From NCBI GenBank assembly GCA_013239625.1, contig MU054323.1, positions 18,804,819 through 18,868,818 of the forward strand: DNA of 64,000 nucleotides. The letters are read 5' to 3'. Positions within the stretch are counted from its first letter, which is position 1, and the number at the start of each line of letters is the position of its first letter. The notes below the pieces were generated by a model. The model was not told the origin of the DNA. It was given only the letters and a program-made list of their open reading frames with translations, and searched no databases. Both the position numbers and the translations under genes were made by a program. The stretch is from Lama guanicoe. Lineage: Eukaryota. Of this stretch, positions 12,090 to 24,489 are shown one piece after another.

Positions 12090-12390
12090 ATTTTTTACAT
12101 TAAGGCCCTTGGTTTCAAGTCCCAAATTGTCCTTCAGTTAAGATATTGATACCCCAGAGCAGACTGGGGATAGAGAGGGGAAAGGACACACCTTTTCTTT
12201 CACGGATGCATCCCTCAGAATTGCTTATATTGCTCTCTCTTGCCTTTTATGTCAGAGATTTGTTACACAACCACAGTCTTTGGCAGTGGCCTGAGAAGTT
12301 TAGCCTTTATTCAGGGTGACCAGTTACCTATATTAGAATCAGGAGTTCTAGGTCTATGGGAAAAGGGAGTTACCTGGAAGTCTGTGCCAT
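12090..12390 (-). mobile_element. Old MaLR LTR fragment (MLT1J-like)
   Basis: ggcctgagaagtttagcctttattcagggtgacca...agaatcaggagttcta motif. Confidence 0.5.
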
Positions 12391-12568
12391 TGTCCACGTA
12401 CTATCTAATACAAAAATCTCTGTTGATATCTTTTTGTTATAGACGATAACAGAGAAGGGATCTGATCAAAAGAAAAACTAGAATTCTATCACATAATTAA
12501 AGATTCTGAAAGAATATCTATAAAACAAAGTTATACCTTCCGCAGGTTATTAGGATGCATTAAACTAG

Positions 12569-13073
12569 TGTCAACTGAAATAAAATACGCAACTTAAAAC
12601 TGGAGAGTTACATTTTATTTGGCAGACATTTTATTTGGCAGAGGCTGGGATGACAGCCTCTCAGGTCACTCTGAGGGACCGCTCCAAAGTGGCAAGGTAG
12701 AAGCCAGGATATATGAGTTTTTGCAACGAAGACCAGGTGGTCGGAACATCAAAAGACTACTATTAATTAAGGAAAATCAGATAACTAAGTTAAGAAATTT
12801 AGCACTTTCCTTTATATGGGAAGGTGCGAAGGTCTGGGCTCACTGAAGTCATCCCTTTGATATGCACCTAGCTGCTCCCTAGGGCTGGTATCCTGTTCCT
12901 TCACACCCAGAGGTCCCTCTGCACTGTTAGGGGTGTCTGCAGAGGCAGGCTGCCTGCTTGTCTGCATTCTGAGTTCCCTCTGCTCCCTTTTTGGGGTGTC
13001 AGTAGCGGCCGATGACTTGATGACTACAGCATCCTGTGTTAACTGATACGGCAGGCAGTATTTTCCATTCACA
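12569..13073 (-). mobile_element. MER41-like ERV1 solo LTR (505 bp), artiodactyl type
   Basis: TG...CA termini; 4-bp TSD ctag (12565-12568) / ttag (13074-13077); MER41 motifs aaatttagcactttcctttatatgggaag, gggctcactgaagtcatccctttgatatgcacctagct. Confidence 0.85.
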
Positions 13074-14444
13074 TTAGCATTTGCAGAATTTCTAATCATA
13101 TTTATAGTTTATTATTATTATTATCAACATTATTATTATTACTATATTTAGGATGGGCCTTGAGAATGGACAAGCACTAGTGTCATTGTATAGTTTGGAG
13201 TAAAATTTCTGCAATGTATTTTTGAAGAAAAAAATATTAAATTATCCAGAGAGGTTAAAAAAAATCTTTAGTAAAAGAACTTTTCATGCATGCTTCAGGA
13301 AATCATAATGATCAAAATACTTGAAAGCGATCAAAATACTAAATTGTGTGGATAGCATTGTTCTTTGGAAATCAAGGTTGGTTTTAAAAAGAAAGAAACC
13401 TTTCTTTATGAAACCTTAACAATGCATGCTGTCATTCACTATGGCAACTGGAAAGGAAACAATAGTCAACAGTGAAATCTGGCATCCTGGGGGCAGTGAA
13501 GAGGTAGTGCGAGCATTTTCTTTCTCTGTAGGAGTAGCTCTCTCCCAAGAGCTAATTCAGTTATTGTTCCAGTTCAAATGAATTTGTTAGATTGTTCTTT
13601 GAAAATTGTTCTTTAAAAATTCAAGAGAAACTCTTTACTCACCAGAGCCATTGTTTAATCCCTGGCTGCCTTAAACCTGACTTCAGGTCAAGCAAACATC
13701 ATCCCTTTATCCCAAATCAGGCTCTGTTTTCTCATTGGTGGGTGGGAAATAGTAGCGTGAACAGACCTCTCTCTTCATTAGCTAATTCTTTATATTATTT
13801 GAAGACTTGTCCAGTAATGATTATGCTTTGTTATTGGCAATATTCTGTTTAAAAGGATGCTTTATTAACCATATCTTGCACATTAAATATATTGAAGTGA
13901 CAAAATATGCATAAAAAGTGAGGCCTTTAGAACATAAAAAAATCAGCAATGCATTCTCAGGGCTGATTATCTTTTGTTTTAATAGATCATTTATACAGTG
14001 TGATTAATGTGCTATTTTATTTGATCAACTGAAGTCTCACTGACTTGATTTGATGCGTGAAATATGTTCCCTATTCAGTGGTCTAAATTATTTTCTCTTT
14101 AGACCCTGGAAGACTGTACATCTAGTTCTATCACTTGTGAAAATAAGAATTGGAACTCATTAGATTTTTATCTAGGAATATTCCTAGGTACGATGTTTCC
14201 AAATTAATGAAAATAAAGTTCCTTGCTTTCCTTTGAAATACAGCTTTTTAAATAAAATACTTTGGGACTAGTTTCTTAAGAAAAACAATTTACAATTATA
14301 GTAGTGCTTTACATTTCACAATACATGTTCATATGTATTATCTACATTTAAAATAATATTAAAAATCCAAGGGTTGTAGGGAAACTAGAATAAACTTTAT
14401 GCCTTAGGAAATATACAGTGAGTTAGAAATGGGTAAATGAAAAT

Positions 14445-14663
14445 CATGTATGTAACATTTCTCAAATGGTGCATAAAATAATTATATCTCTGTATTATGT
14501 TTATATAAATCATATATATATTCATATGCAAATGAAAATGATAAAACAACTGAAAAAATGCTACAAATCTGGGTAAAGGGTATATGGAAGGTTTTGTGTG
14601 TTTTTAAAATTATTTTGCAACTTTTCTGTAAGTTTGAATGACTTTAAATCAAAGTAACAAAAA
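14445..14663 (+). mobile_element. Old L1 (L1MC/ME) 3' end
   Basis: aaatctgggtaaagggtatatggaagg...ttttgcaacttttctgtaagtttgaa plus an A-rich end. Confidence 0.75.
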
Positions 14664-14684
14664 GGACTGAAGCAGATAAGATAT

Positions 14685-15020
14685 ACCTGGTTCAGCCCCC
14701 CCATTTACAGATGAGCAAACTGAGGAAGAGGAGGTCAGGAAAGTGGTGTATTAAAGTCACAGGGGGCTTTAGCAGTAGAGCTAGAAATCAAGCATCTGAT
14801 TGATTGTAAAAAGCTTCTGTTCGGCTCCAAGCTTTATCCACACAATAATTAGGAGAGTAAGGCAGGGTAGGTTCTGTTATTCCCATTTACAGGTAGTTCA
14901 TTTACAGAGGAAAAACAGGCTGAGAGAGGGGTTCAGTTAATCTTCTTAGGTCACATAATTAGCAGTAGAGCAGAAATTCTCACTTGCATTTTGATTCCAA
15001 ATTTTGTATCTTTCCATTAT
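14685..15020 (-). mobile_element. Two tandem MIR fragments
   Basis: cccatttacagatgagcaaactgagg and tattcccatttacag...ggtcacataattagcagtagagc cores. Confidence 0.75.
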
Positions 15021-16109
15021 GTGATGGATCAATGTAGGCATATATGAGAACATGCTTCTGCTTAAAAGCAGAATAAAATACACAGTTAAAGAAAAGAAAT
15101 GCTTTTTCCTTCAGAATGTATCAATATATAAAGATACAACAGAACACAATGTGTTACAATATTCCTGGAGGCTAATCAGCAGTGGCATTTCAGTCAGACA
15201 TTATTTGTGTTTTGTATTACAGTCCACACATATTAAGAACTAATACTGTTCATGGTATGAATGAAAATTCACTGCCTATTGACATTGAAAATAAAGTAAC
15301 AACAATTACAATGAAGCCAACCAATTGAAAATTATAAGTTTTAATTTATTTGAATTGCTTCCACTCCACTGTTTAATTTGTTTTGGCTTATCTGACTCAG
15401 AGGGAAAAACTCAAAGAATCAGAACAAAAACTTGGTTTTATGGACAGGATTTTCTCATTGCTCTGCATTTAAAGAGAACGATCTCTGTTATTTTCGTTTC
15501 TCGTTGAAAGTGTCGTCATCCTTCTAGAATCAAATCCCAGTAAATCCAATTTGTATTTGTTTGTTGTAGCTTAAGGTTCCCTATCATTATATTCTCAAGC
15601 TCTTCTCTTCACCCTGCGTTTTAGTCACGCTGAGTCAAATAAAACCTTTTTCTGATCTTTAAAGACATTTATATTTGAATTTGCTATACTTAGCATATAA
15701 TGGTTGCTCAATGAGTGTGAAATTAAAAACATTGTAAGTATATATATGATAAGTATATATATTTCACATATGAATATATATGTGAACACATTGGGGATTT
15801 CAGGGTAAGGTAGCAAATCTAAAAGTTCAATGAAATACTCAACTTTTTTTAAAGGGAAGTTTTTGCATTAGCACTGGAAACTCGTCAGAAATAGAAGGGA
15901 TTCTACTAAGTATAGGTTCTAAAAATTAAAGAAGGTATCTGCCTCCTGTGAAAGATAGACTTTTCAGGAAGTGGAAACAATTCACTCTGAGTCCCACTGT
16001 TGCTCCCTAACTTACGAGTGGTGAAAACAGCAAAACATTTACATGTATTTTTGTCTTATCAAAAATGTTATGAAAGATTGTATCAAAAGGGCCATATTAC
16101 TAAGGAGAG

Positions 16110-16575
16110 AATATGAACTCATATTAGTGAGTATCTCCAAATAAAAGTGGCTGAAACAAAATGAAACAATTTCTCTTTAAAATAAAGAAGTCCAAAAGTA
16201 AGAAGTCAAGGGCCTGGCATGAAGACTTCATGGTTTCAGTGAAGATCACAATCGGTTCTTCCTGATGTTAGCCACAGTGTGTACAACACCACCTCATGGC
16301 CACGGGAGCCTCAGGAGTCCATCTGCATTGTGGACCAATGCAGGGAGGAAGCACGGACAAAGATGAAGGGGCCCTTCTGTAGAGTGGATTCCTTTTAACC
16401 AGTCATCCTGAAAGTATGTATAACATTTTCTCATACATTCCGTTGGCTAGAACTCAGACAACTGGCCATGCCTACCATCAAGACAGGCTAGAAAATGACA
16501 TCATTTAAGTCATTTATGCTGTTTTACTCTGCTACAATTTTGGTTTTGTTACTAAGAAGGCAAATTGCTTAATCA
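16110..16575 (-). mobile_element. Old MaLR LTR (MLT1K/L-like)
   Basis: cattccgttggctagaactcagacaactggccatgcctacc...ggctagaaaatg...ttttgttactaagaagg. Confidence 0.6.
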
Positions 16576-16599
16576 TTTTTTTTTTTTTGGATATAGATC

Positions 16600-17080
16600 C
16601 ATGAGACTGGTTTGCTCACTACTTTTTCCAGTTGTCTTTTAGCAAACTTTCACTGTTAGCAAAAGCTAGAAAAATAAAAGTAAAAACTAAATTTTCTAGA
16701 TTCCTTGAAACCAGGATTCTTGTCATGATTTGGATTTGCTGGTCAATTCATTTCCACAAGAAGTTAGTAAGTTAGCTAGTTCAGGACTGCATTACACAAA
16801 GACAGAACAAAAAATGAGGCTTCAATTTTGCTGTTAAAACTAACCTGAGGTGATAGGATTCTGTACCTAGCAGTAGGTTCCACAGCTGTCTGATCATGGA
16901 GATGCAGCAGCTTCACTGGCAGCTCGATTCTGTGATATTATTTCTGGAAGCATGTTCCAGAGTCAGTTTCTGCTTTTCTCTAACTAAATCTTTGTTCTGG
17001 TTAAAACACCAAAAAAATACCCCATTGTGGTTAAAATAGCTACAGTAGATTCTGTTGTCAAATTCAAAAACTCAAATCAA
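16600..17080 (+). mobile_element. ERVL-type LTR (LTR16/LTR33-like)
   Basis: aaaagctagaaaa...aaattttctagattccttgaaaccagg; end ggttaaaatagctacagtagattctgttgtc. Confidence 0.5.
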
Positions 17081-17314
17081 TAAACACAAGATATGATAAT
17101 TGCATATTTATTTAACTGAATAAATTAAGAAAACACCAGGTTACAAAAATTTTTGTGGAATTTCTGAAAGACCTAAAGCTTAAACTTTTAATTAAAAATA
17201 AGATTTAAATGATGTAGTTAAAATGTTTTAAGTTGATTGCTATAAAAATTTTAAAAATGCAATTTTGAAAGTGTTAATGTATCCAAAAAGGGAGAAATAA
17301 TTTTTTTCAATATA

Positions 17315-18985
17315 ATTAATGAATTCCTTGCTAAATTCACCAAGAAAATACAGACAGAAAAGATACAAATTACTTACATTAGGAATTGTCAGTGTCAGAA
17401 GAAAATTGACAAATCAAGGCAAAGTACAAACTACTAAAACTCATTCAATAAAAACATACATGTATACTTACATAAACACATGCATATCCTGAATAGTTCT
17501 ATTTACTAAAGACATTGAATTCCTAGATGAAACCTCCCCACAAAAAAAAATTAGGTCCCAATGATCTCAACAGATGAATTTTCCCAAACGTTTAAGGAAG
17601 AAATTATTGAAATTCTATCAAAACTCTTCCATAAAATACAAGAGTAGGGAATACTTTCAAACTCATTTCAGGAGGCTAGCATTACTCTGATAGCAAAGTG
17701 AGAAAAAGACATTAAGAAAATTCCAGACCAGCATCACCCATGAGTATAGATGCAGGTATCTAGCAAAATATTTACAAAAGGAATTCAGCAATATATAAAA
17801 AGTAAAATGTATTATGAGCAAGAGGGCTTTATCCCAAGAAAGAAAGTACGGTTCGGCATTCAGAATCAATCAGTGTAATTCATCATGTCAAGAGATGAGA
17901 AAGCTCACATGATTTTCTCAAGACATTCATAAAAAGAATCTAGCAAAATTCAATGGCCTTCCTTGATATAAACTCTCAACAATTGAGGAATAGAAAGATA
18001 CTTCTCCAAAGTGATAAAATGCACCTACAAAAATGGTCTCATATTTAATATTGACATCTGAAGCCTAAGCTTGTGAGCAGGGCAAGAACGTTCATTCTTA
18101 CCACTTACATTTACATTGACATCTGAAGTCTCCCTGCCTAAGCTTGTGAGCAGGGCAAGAACGTTCATTCTTACCACTTACATTTCATAATGTACTGGAA
18201 GTCCTACGCAGAATAAAATGGCAAGAAAAGAAGTAGAGGTCAAACAAAACTTTCTTTATTCACAAAATTCCTGACCATTAAAGAAAAAAACAAACCTCAA
18301 AATCTACAGAAAAGCTATTGGAAGTAATAAGTGTGTTTAGCAATGTCACATGGTATAAGGCCAATATACGAACATCACTTTTATTTCTATATGCTAGCAA
18401 TAAAAAATTGGAAGTTGATATGATGTAAAAAGGACAAACAACAAAACTCTTGATAAATTGGACTTACTCAGAATTTTAAAAAGTTCCTCCTTAAAAAATA
18501 CTGCTAATAAAATGAAAAGACAAGCCAAAGACCAGGAGAAAATGTTTACAAAACCACATATCAGATTAAGATTTTTAATTAAAAAAAACACAATTCAGTA
18601 CTGAGATTGATGACTTGATTAAAAAATGGGGAATAGATTTGAAGAGCTAGTTCACCAAGAAAGAAATATGGATATTAAATCAACTTATGAAAAGAGGCTC
18701 GATAGCATGAGTTATTAGGAAAATACAAATTAAAATCCAAATGAGATACCACTGTAATCTTATTAAAATGTCTAAAATTAAAAATAAATCTGACATTCTC
18801 AAGTAAAGAATTAGAGTGGCTTGAAATCTCATACTTCCCAGAATAGAAGAAATGTAGAAGAAATGTAAGATTATGGATCTATTTGAGAAAAGAGTTTAGC
18901 AATTTATTGTAAACATGAAAACATCAACATGAAATTGCTACATCATCCAGCATTCCACTGCTAGGTGTTTACTGAAACGCACAAA
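17315..18985 (+). mobile_element. Decayed L1 ORF2 fragment (old L1M), internally deleted
   Basis: gaggctagcattactctgatagcaaag, atagatgcaggtatcttagcaaaatatt, aaatacaaattaaaatccaaatgagataccact; many stops and frameshifts. Confidence 0.9.
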
Positions 18986-19272
18986 GATGATTATTTGTTT
19001 TATCCCATGTTTGGGGTAATACTAGGATGTTAGTAATAAAAAATAATCCTCTAATATAGAATAGCTTTATTTCTTTTTTGGATATCTCAGTTTGATTTTT
19101 TAAACTCTCTTTTATTTCACAAACTTTGCTTTTTTTTAAAATTATGGTTACTATTCTTAAATCATTGCCCCTGTTATGATAATAGACATGGGTAGATTTA
19201 TCTAGAATAATAATTACGAAATGGTCAAAATATGGAAAGCTGATTTTAAAAGAAAAGTTAAAGAATTATTAC

Positions 19273-20750
19273 AGGGAAGATGATGGAGTAGGAAGACCCT
19301 GAGTGCACTTCCTCCCATGGGCACACTAAAATCACACCTAGTTACAGAGCAACTGTAGATAAGAATGACTGAAGACTCATAGAAAGGAGCTTCTATAACT
19401 AAAGATATGGAGAAAGAACCATAACAAATTGAATTTGAGGGGCAGAGATGCACTGTAATCAAGACCCATGCCCCAGGTGGGGGACCCACAAACAGGAGGG
19501 TAATCACAATTGCACAGGTTCTCCTCAAGGAGCAAAAACATCCAAGTCCCACACTGGGCTCCTCTGCCCAGGGATCCTGCACTGGGAAGAACCTCAGACT
19601 GTTTGGCTTTGAAGACTAACAGGGTTTGCTTTCAGAATATCCAGAAGGCTGTAGAAACAGAGATGCCTCTGTTAAAGGGCACACAAATAATCTCACACAG
19701 TCCCAAGACCCACTGCAGACATTTTTCCAAAGAGGATAATGCAGATGGCCAACAGGCACATGAAAAGATGCTCAACATCACTAATCATCAAGGAAATGCA
19801 AATTAAAGCCACAATGAAATATCACCTCACATCTATCAGAATGGCTATCATCAAGAACACAAATAACAAATGCTGGTGAGGATGTGGAGAAAAGGGAACC
19901 CTCATATACCATTGGTGGGAATGTAATTTGTGCAGCCACTGTGGAAAACAACATGAAGGTTCTCAAAAAACTAAAAATAGAACCACTATGTGACCCAGCA
20001 ATTCTACTCCTAGGTATATATCTGAAAAAAAACAAAAACAGTGACTTGAAAAGATACATGTACCCTAATGTTCATAACAGTATTATTTACAACTGCCAAG
20101 ATATGGAAATAACCTGTGTCCAACAGATAAATGGATAAAGAAGAGGTGGTATACATATACAATGGAATTCTACTCAGTCATAAAAAAGAATGAAATTTTT
20201 CCATTTGCAGCAACATGGATGGACTTGGAGGGCATTATGCTGAGTGAAATAAGTCAGAGAAAGACAAATACTATATATTTCTTAAGCGTGCAATCGAAAA
20301 AATACAACTAGAGAATATAATATAAAAGAAGCAGGCTCACAGATATAGAGAATGAACTAGAGGTTACCAGTGGGGAGAGGGAAGGGGCAATATAGGGGTG
20401 GGAGAGGGGGAAGTACTAACTATTTGTGTAAGACAGGCCCAAGAATGTTTTGTACAACATGGGGAATATAGCCAATATTTTGTAATAACTGTAGATGGAA
20501 ATAACCTTTAAAATTGATTAATGATAATGATAAAGTGGAAAAAAAAAAAAGAGCCTGGTCAGACCCACTTGGAGAGCCTCCAGAAAAGGCAGGAGCAATG
20601 AGAGTTCACCCTGGAGACACAGACACTGGCAGCAGCCATTTAGGGGAGCTCCTTCTGCCACATGGACACTGTGCTGGCAAGTGCCATTTTGGAATCTTCT
20701 CTCTAGCTTATGAAACACCTGGATCTAGCCCCATCCATCAGCAGGCATAA
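19273..20750 (+). mobile_element. L1 5'UTR fragment (Laurasiatherian type), split by a younger L1 insertion
   Basis: Starts gggaagatgatggagtaggaagaccctgag; runs to cccaagacccactgcaga (about 19719) and resumes at gagcctggtcagacccac (20551) with gcagccatttagggg. Confidence 0.7.
19717..20550 (+). mobile_element. 5'-truncated L1 (ORF2 C-terminus, 3'UTR, poly-A)
   Basis: ORF 19884-20138 gives EKREPSYTIGGNV...LKKLKIEPLCDPAILLLGIY (L1 ORF2 C-terminus); G-rich 3'UTR tract; A-tail at 20539-20550. Confidence 0.95.
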
Positions 20751-21654
20751 CCCCGATTAGAATGTTAGGAGGCCCAACGTTCTACCCAGTCCAAATTAGG
20801 ACTAAAATTATTTATAGCCATATCTTTACATCCATGAGAATTTGTCTCATATATTTCTTTTTATGCCGGTTCTTTGTTCAAAGGTTTCCTTAGGCTTTTA
20901 TTTTGTCTATTTACAACATCTTGCAAAGATATGCATGGAAATTGGTGCATGATGGTGCTTGCCTAAACACTCCAGTTTTTCAGTCCTTATTTGGTCAGCA
21001 TCGATCTCATAAAGGTGTTTCCTACGATGTGGATTTATCCTTTAGATGCTGTGAGTATGTAATCTCTTTTTTTCCATAGCTTGCCACACAGTCAATAGAG
21101 AAGGTAGTTTCTTCCAACTGAGGTTACCATGCTTCTTTTAGACACTAGGTACACTGATGAATTACATCTCATAAACATAGGTTAAGCTGATCAGGTCCTG
21201 TCCTGCTGTGTTTCTATAAACACATTACATCGCCTCTTTGTACCTTTGCCAGAAAAAAGAAAATAAATAATATCTACCAACTTCCCTCCTCAAGGGTATT
21301 GCAGGAGGTAATAAGTAGGCAAAATTTTCAAAGAAAGATATAGTGCTTAGAACTCTGTGGCAAAAACACCTTATATAAATGCAATATATCATCATTATAG
21401 GATCTTCTAGCAGCCTAATGAAATGAACCCAATGCACTCTGAACACATTTTTTTACTTGGGCTACATCCAACTCACCAAACATAATTAGTATATAAAACT
21501 TTTGTCATGACCATAAACTAAAACAACCTGGAACTCTGTATAATATAGGCCTTTCTGGATTCTGTCCAGTTAAATACTGAAACTACTACGAGATCTTCAT
21601 TATAATATAATTCTATGAGAATGATTTAAGCACAATGTGTTATGTATGTTATTC

Positions 21655-22218
21655 TGCTCCCTGCAGAATCTGACACCCCCAAATATACCTTTTTTGGCAT
21701 AAAGATTATTTTAGACTGAAGTTTTTAAGATTTAGGTTGATTTTTATTTTTAAGAAATAGCAGACTTGGGAAAAGCTTTGAAAGCTGAATAGAAGTTACC
21801 CCTTTGCAAGAGACATTTACATTTATAAGGACAGTCTACTTTTGTAAGAGTGTTTTCCTCTCCGTACAGGGGAAAGAAGTATGACTTAAATCTCTAGAAA
21901 CTCTTATCAATGGAGAAGGCAATGACATAAATCTGCATAACAATCTTACCCAAACAAACTGTGCTTTTCCTAGTAGCTTTCCCAAACTGGCTCCTTCAAC
22001 CTCCAACATCTTTTGTTTTTAACTTGAGATGATATTTAAGATGGTGACTTGGACCATCTTGGGGAGTTACTCAGTTTTCTTGAGTATCTCTCATATACAT
22101 AGGAGATATACATGTTATGCAACTTCTGTTTTTTTCCTGTTAATCAGTCTTTTATTACAAGGAGATCTCAGCCAAGAACCAAGAAGGGAAGAGGGAAAAT
22201 AATTTTTCCTTCCCCACA
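21655..22218 (+). mobile_element. MER34-like ERV1 solo LTR
   Basis: gacacccccaaatatacctttttggcataaagattatttt...; ends agagggaaaataatttttccttccccaca; possible TSD attc/cttc. Confidence 0.75.
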
Positions 22219-23222
22219 CTTCAAACACAAAGAGCTTTGTTTGTGTTTCTGCTTGGTTTTGACATTTTTTTTTTCTAAAATAAATTCAAGTTGAATTTTT
22301 TAAAGCTTTTAGCACACATCTTACCATTGACTGGATCCACGTTTCATAAATTTTCTCTTTCCCTTCTGAAAATGTTACCCCCTCTACAATCTTACGTCTC
22401 TCCTTCCTTTTAATTTTCAAACTTGTGAAAGAGCAGTCTTCACCTGTCATTTTCACTTCCTTTCCTTTTGCTTTCAATTTAAAAGGAGAAATACCCTTGT
22501 TTTGCCTCTCCAAGTTACTGATTTGTTTTTCTGGAAGGTTACCAGTAATGTTACAGGTAAACACCGTGTTTGTTTTACTGTCCTTACTCTTCTTCCTATG
22601 TTTTGGATGCATTTTCTAGTATAAATTCAGGTGTGCTTCTTAATAACTTTCCTTTTGTTTATATTCCATTATACTTTACTCATTTACACTTAGTTCTCAT
22701 TATTTCTCATGATCCTTCTTAATTTTTGTTAAATATTATCATTTTGAGTAATACTTTTCCAAAAGTTCTAAAATTCTACCCTTTCCAAGTTAGGTTTAAA
22801 ATTATATGTAGATCATGTCTTTACATTCATAAGGATTTGCCTTGAATGTTCTCATTATGCCAGTTTCCTTCCTTGGGCTTCCTTTTATCTCTCCATTTAC
22901 AAAGTCTAGCCGAGTACATGGTGTATTGTAGGTGTTCAGAAATGCTTGCTAAGTAGATCAACATTTGTCTGATTCCTAAGCAATTATCATTTCCATTTTT
23001 CTCATCCCGTGTGGTTTCTCAAACTCTGTGCCAGTATCACAATACTCCTGAGGACTGCAACTTAAACCTCTTTTGTGGATAGCACTTAAATATTTTTCTT
23101 TTCTCCCATTAAGTGGGATCCTGGCTCAGGGATGAGGTAACTGGCCACAGATTCTTCTGCATCACTTTCTGCTCCAAACGTGTCATTGCATGAAGCCACC
23201 TGTGCAACTGCTCCTGGCTCTC

Positions 23223-23241
23223 TGCTGTCCTCTGGTGGCTA
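23223..23241 (-). promoter_or_regulatory. Candidate CTCF binding site
   Basis: Reverse strand TAGCCACCAGAGGACAGCA, one mismatch from the CCACCAGAGGGCAGC core. Confidence 0.45.
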
Positions 23242-23981
23242 TATGCTGTGCCCCCCTTCCTGGAGTGGTATAAATAAAAAAGTAATCTAGATGAAGATCT
23301 AAAACGTTCTGTCCCCACAGACTGGATTAGTGTTGGCTGAAGTAAGTAGTAAGAACTGATGTGACCTTTCATGGGAAGACCAGATCCAGATCACTGTGAG
23401 CTTGGAACCCCATTAATATTCCTTTCATTGCCATTCAAGGCAAGCTGCCCACAAACAACAGCCACCTATTACCCCTTTGGTCTTTCAACAGATACTCATC
23501 TCTCTGTGTTTCCAGATTTTAATCAGTCTAATCCAAAATAGGCCTGTGAGCAAAGTCTCTTTTCAATGGCTTAGCACATTTATAGTCCCTGTTCAAAGTA
23601 GGAGAGGGTACTAAACTTGAAGTTTCAGGATGGTGTGGGTAGGAGGGAAAGCTCATGGAACTGTTACGTATATGGGACTGAGCGAAACCATCTCAAAAAT
23701 CCTCTGAACTGCTACACTTACAAAACTCTTACTTGTTATAAGATCTGGTCTCAATTAAGAGTTATACAATTTTAAGTTATGTGTCATGAAAAGATTAAAA
23801 CCCCAACCCCTTTTTTTCAACTCACATAAATGCCTTATAAGGAAGTGTGTTAGATTCTGAAGTTTCGTTTCTAAATTTAAAAAATGGAGACAATAGTATC
23901 ACTCCTCCATCACTCAGTTATTGTAAGACTATTATATTTATATAATATTGATTAATTAATATTAACATATTACATTATATA

Positions 23982-24205
23982 CAGTTGACTCTTGAACAAT
24001 ATGGGGTTGAGCTTATGAGCTGTGCAGGTCCACTCATATGGGGATTTTTTTCAAAAATACTACTACAGTACAATACAAACCTCTGTTGGTTGAATTCAGG
24101 GATGTGAAAACTCAGATACAGAGAATCAACTGTAAAGTTATATATAGGTTTTAAATTGTGCAGGGATTGGCACCTCTAACTCCTGTGTTCTTCCAGAGTC
24201 AAATA
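23982..24205. mobile_element. Tigger1-derived MITE (Tigger1a-type)
   Basis: TIRs cagttgactcttgaacaa / ttcttccagagtcaaata, flanked by TA dinucleotides. Confidence 0.85.
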
Positions 24206-24489
24206 TATATATACACATACATATGCATATATATATTTATGTATATATAATGTATAATAAAACAGATAATAATATAACATGATATATATGATATTACCTG
24301 TATGTCAATATTACATTGAACAGCAATAGGAAATGTGAAGCTTGACCTTTCTGCCCATAAAGGCATATGATAAGATGCAGAGAATCAGAGAGACAAACTC
24401 TATGTCTGGAATACATACTTAGTGTAAAAAAGCTTACTAAATAGGTTGAGAAAAAATCTGGAAGTAAAGGTATTTTAGCCTTGTCCTCT

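Noticed and set aside
14172..14187. Perfect 16-bp palindrome CTAGGAATATTCCTAG
   Set aside because: About one 8-bp-arm palindrome is expected by chance in 64 kb (64000/4^8 is roughly 1).
19884..20138. 84-aa ORF
   Set aside because: Frameshifted L1 ORF2 C-terminal remnant.
20372..20410. G-quadruplex-like tract
   Set aside because: Standard G-rich tract of the L1 3'UTR.
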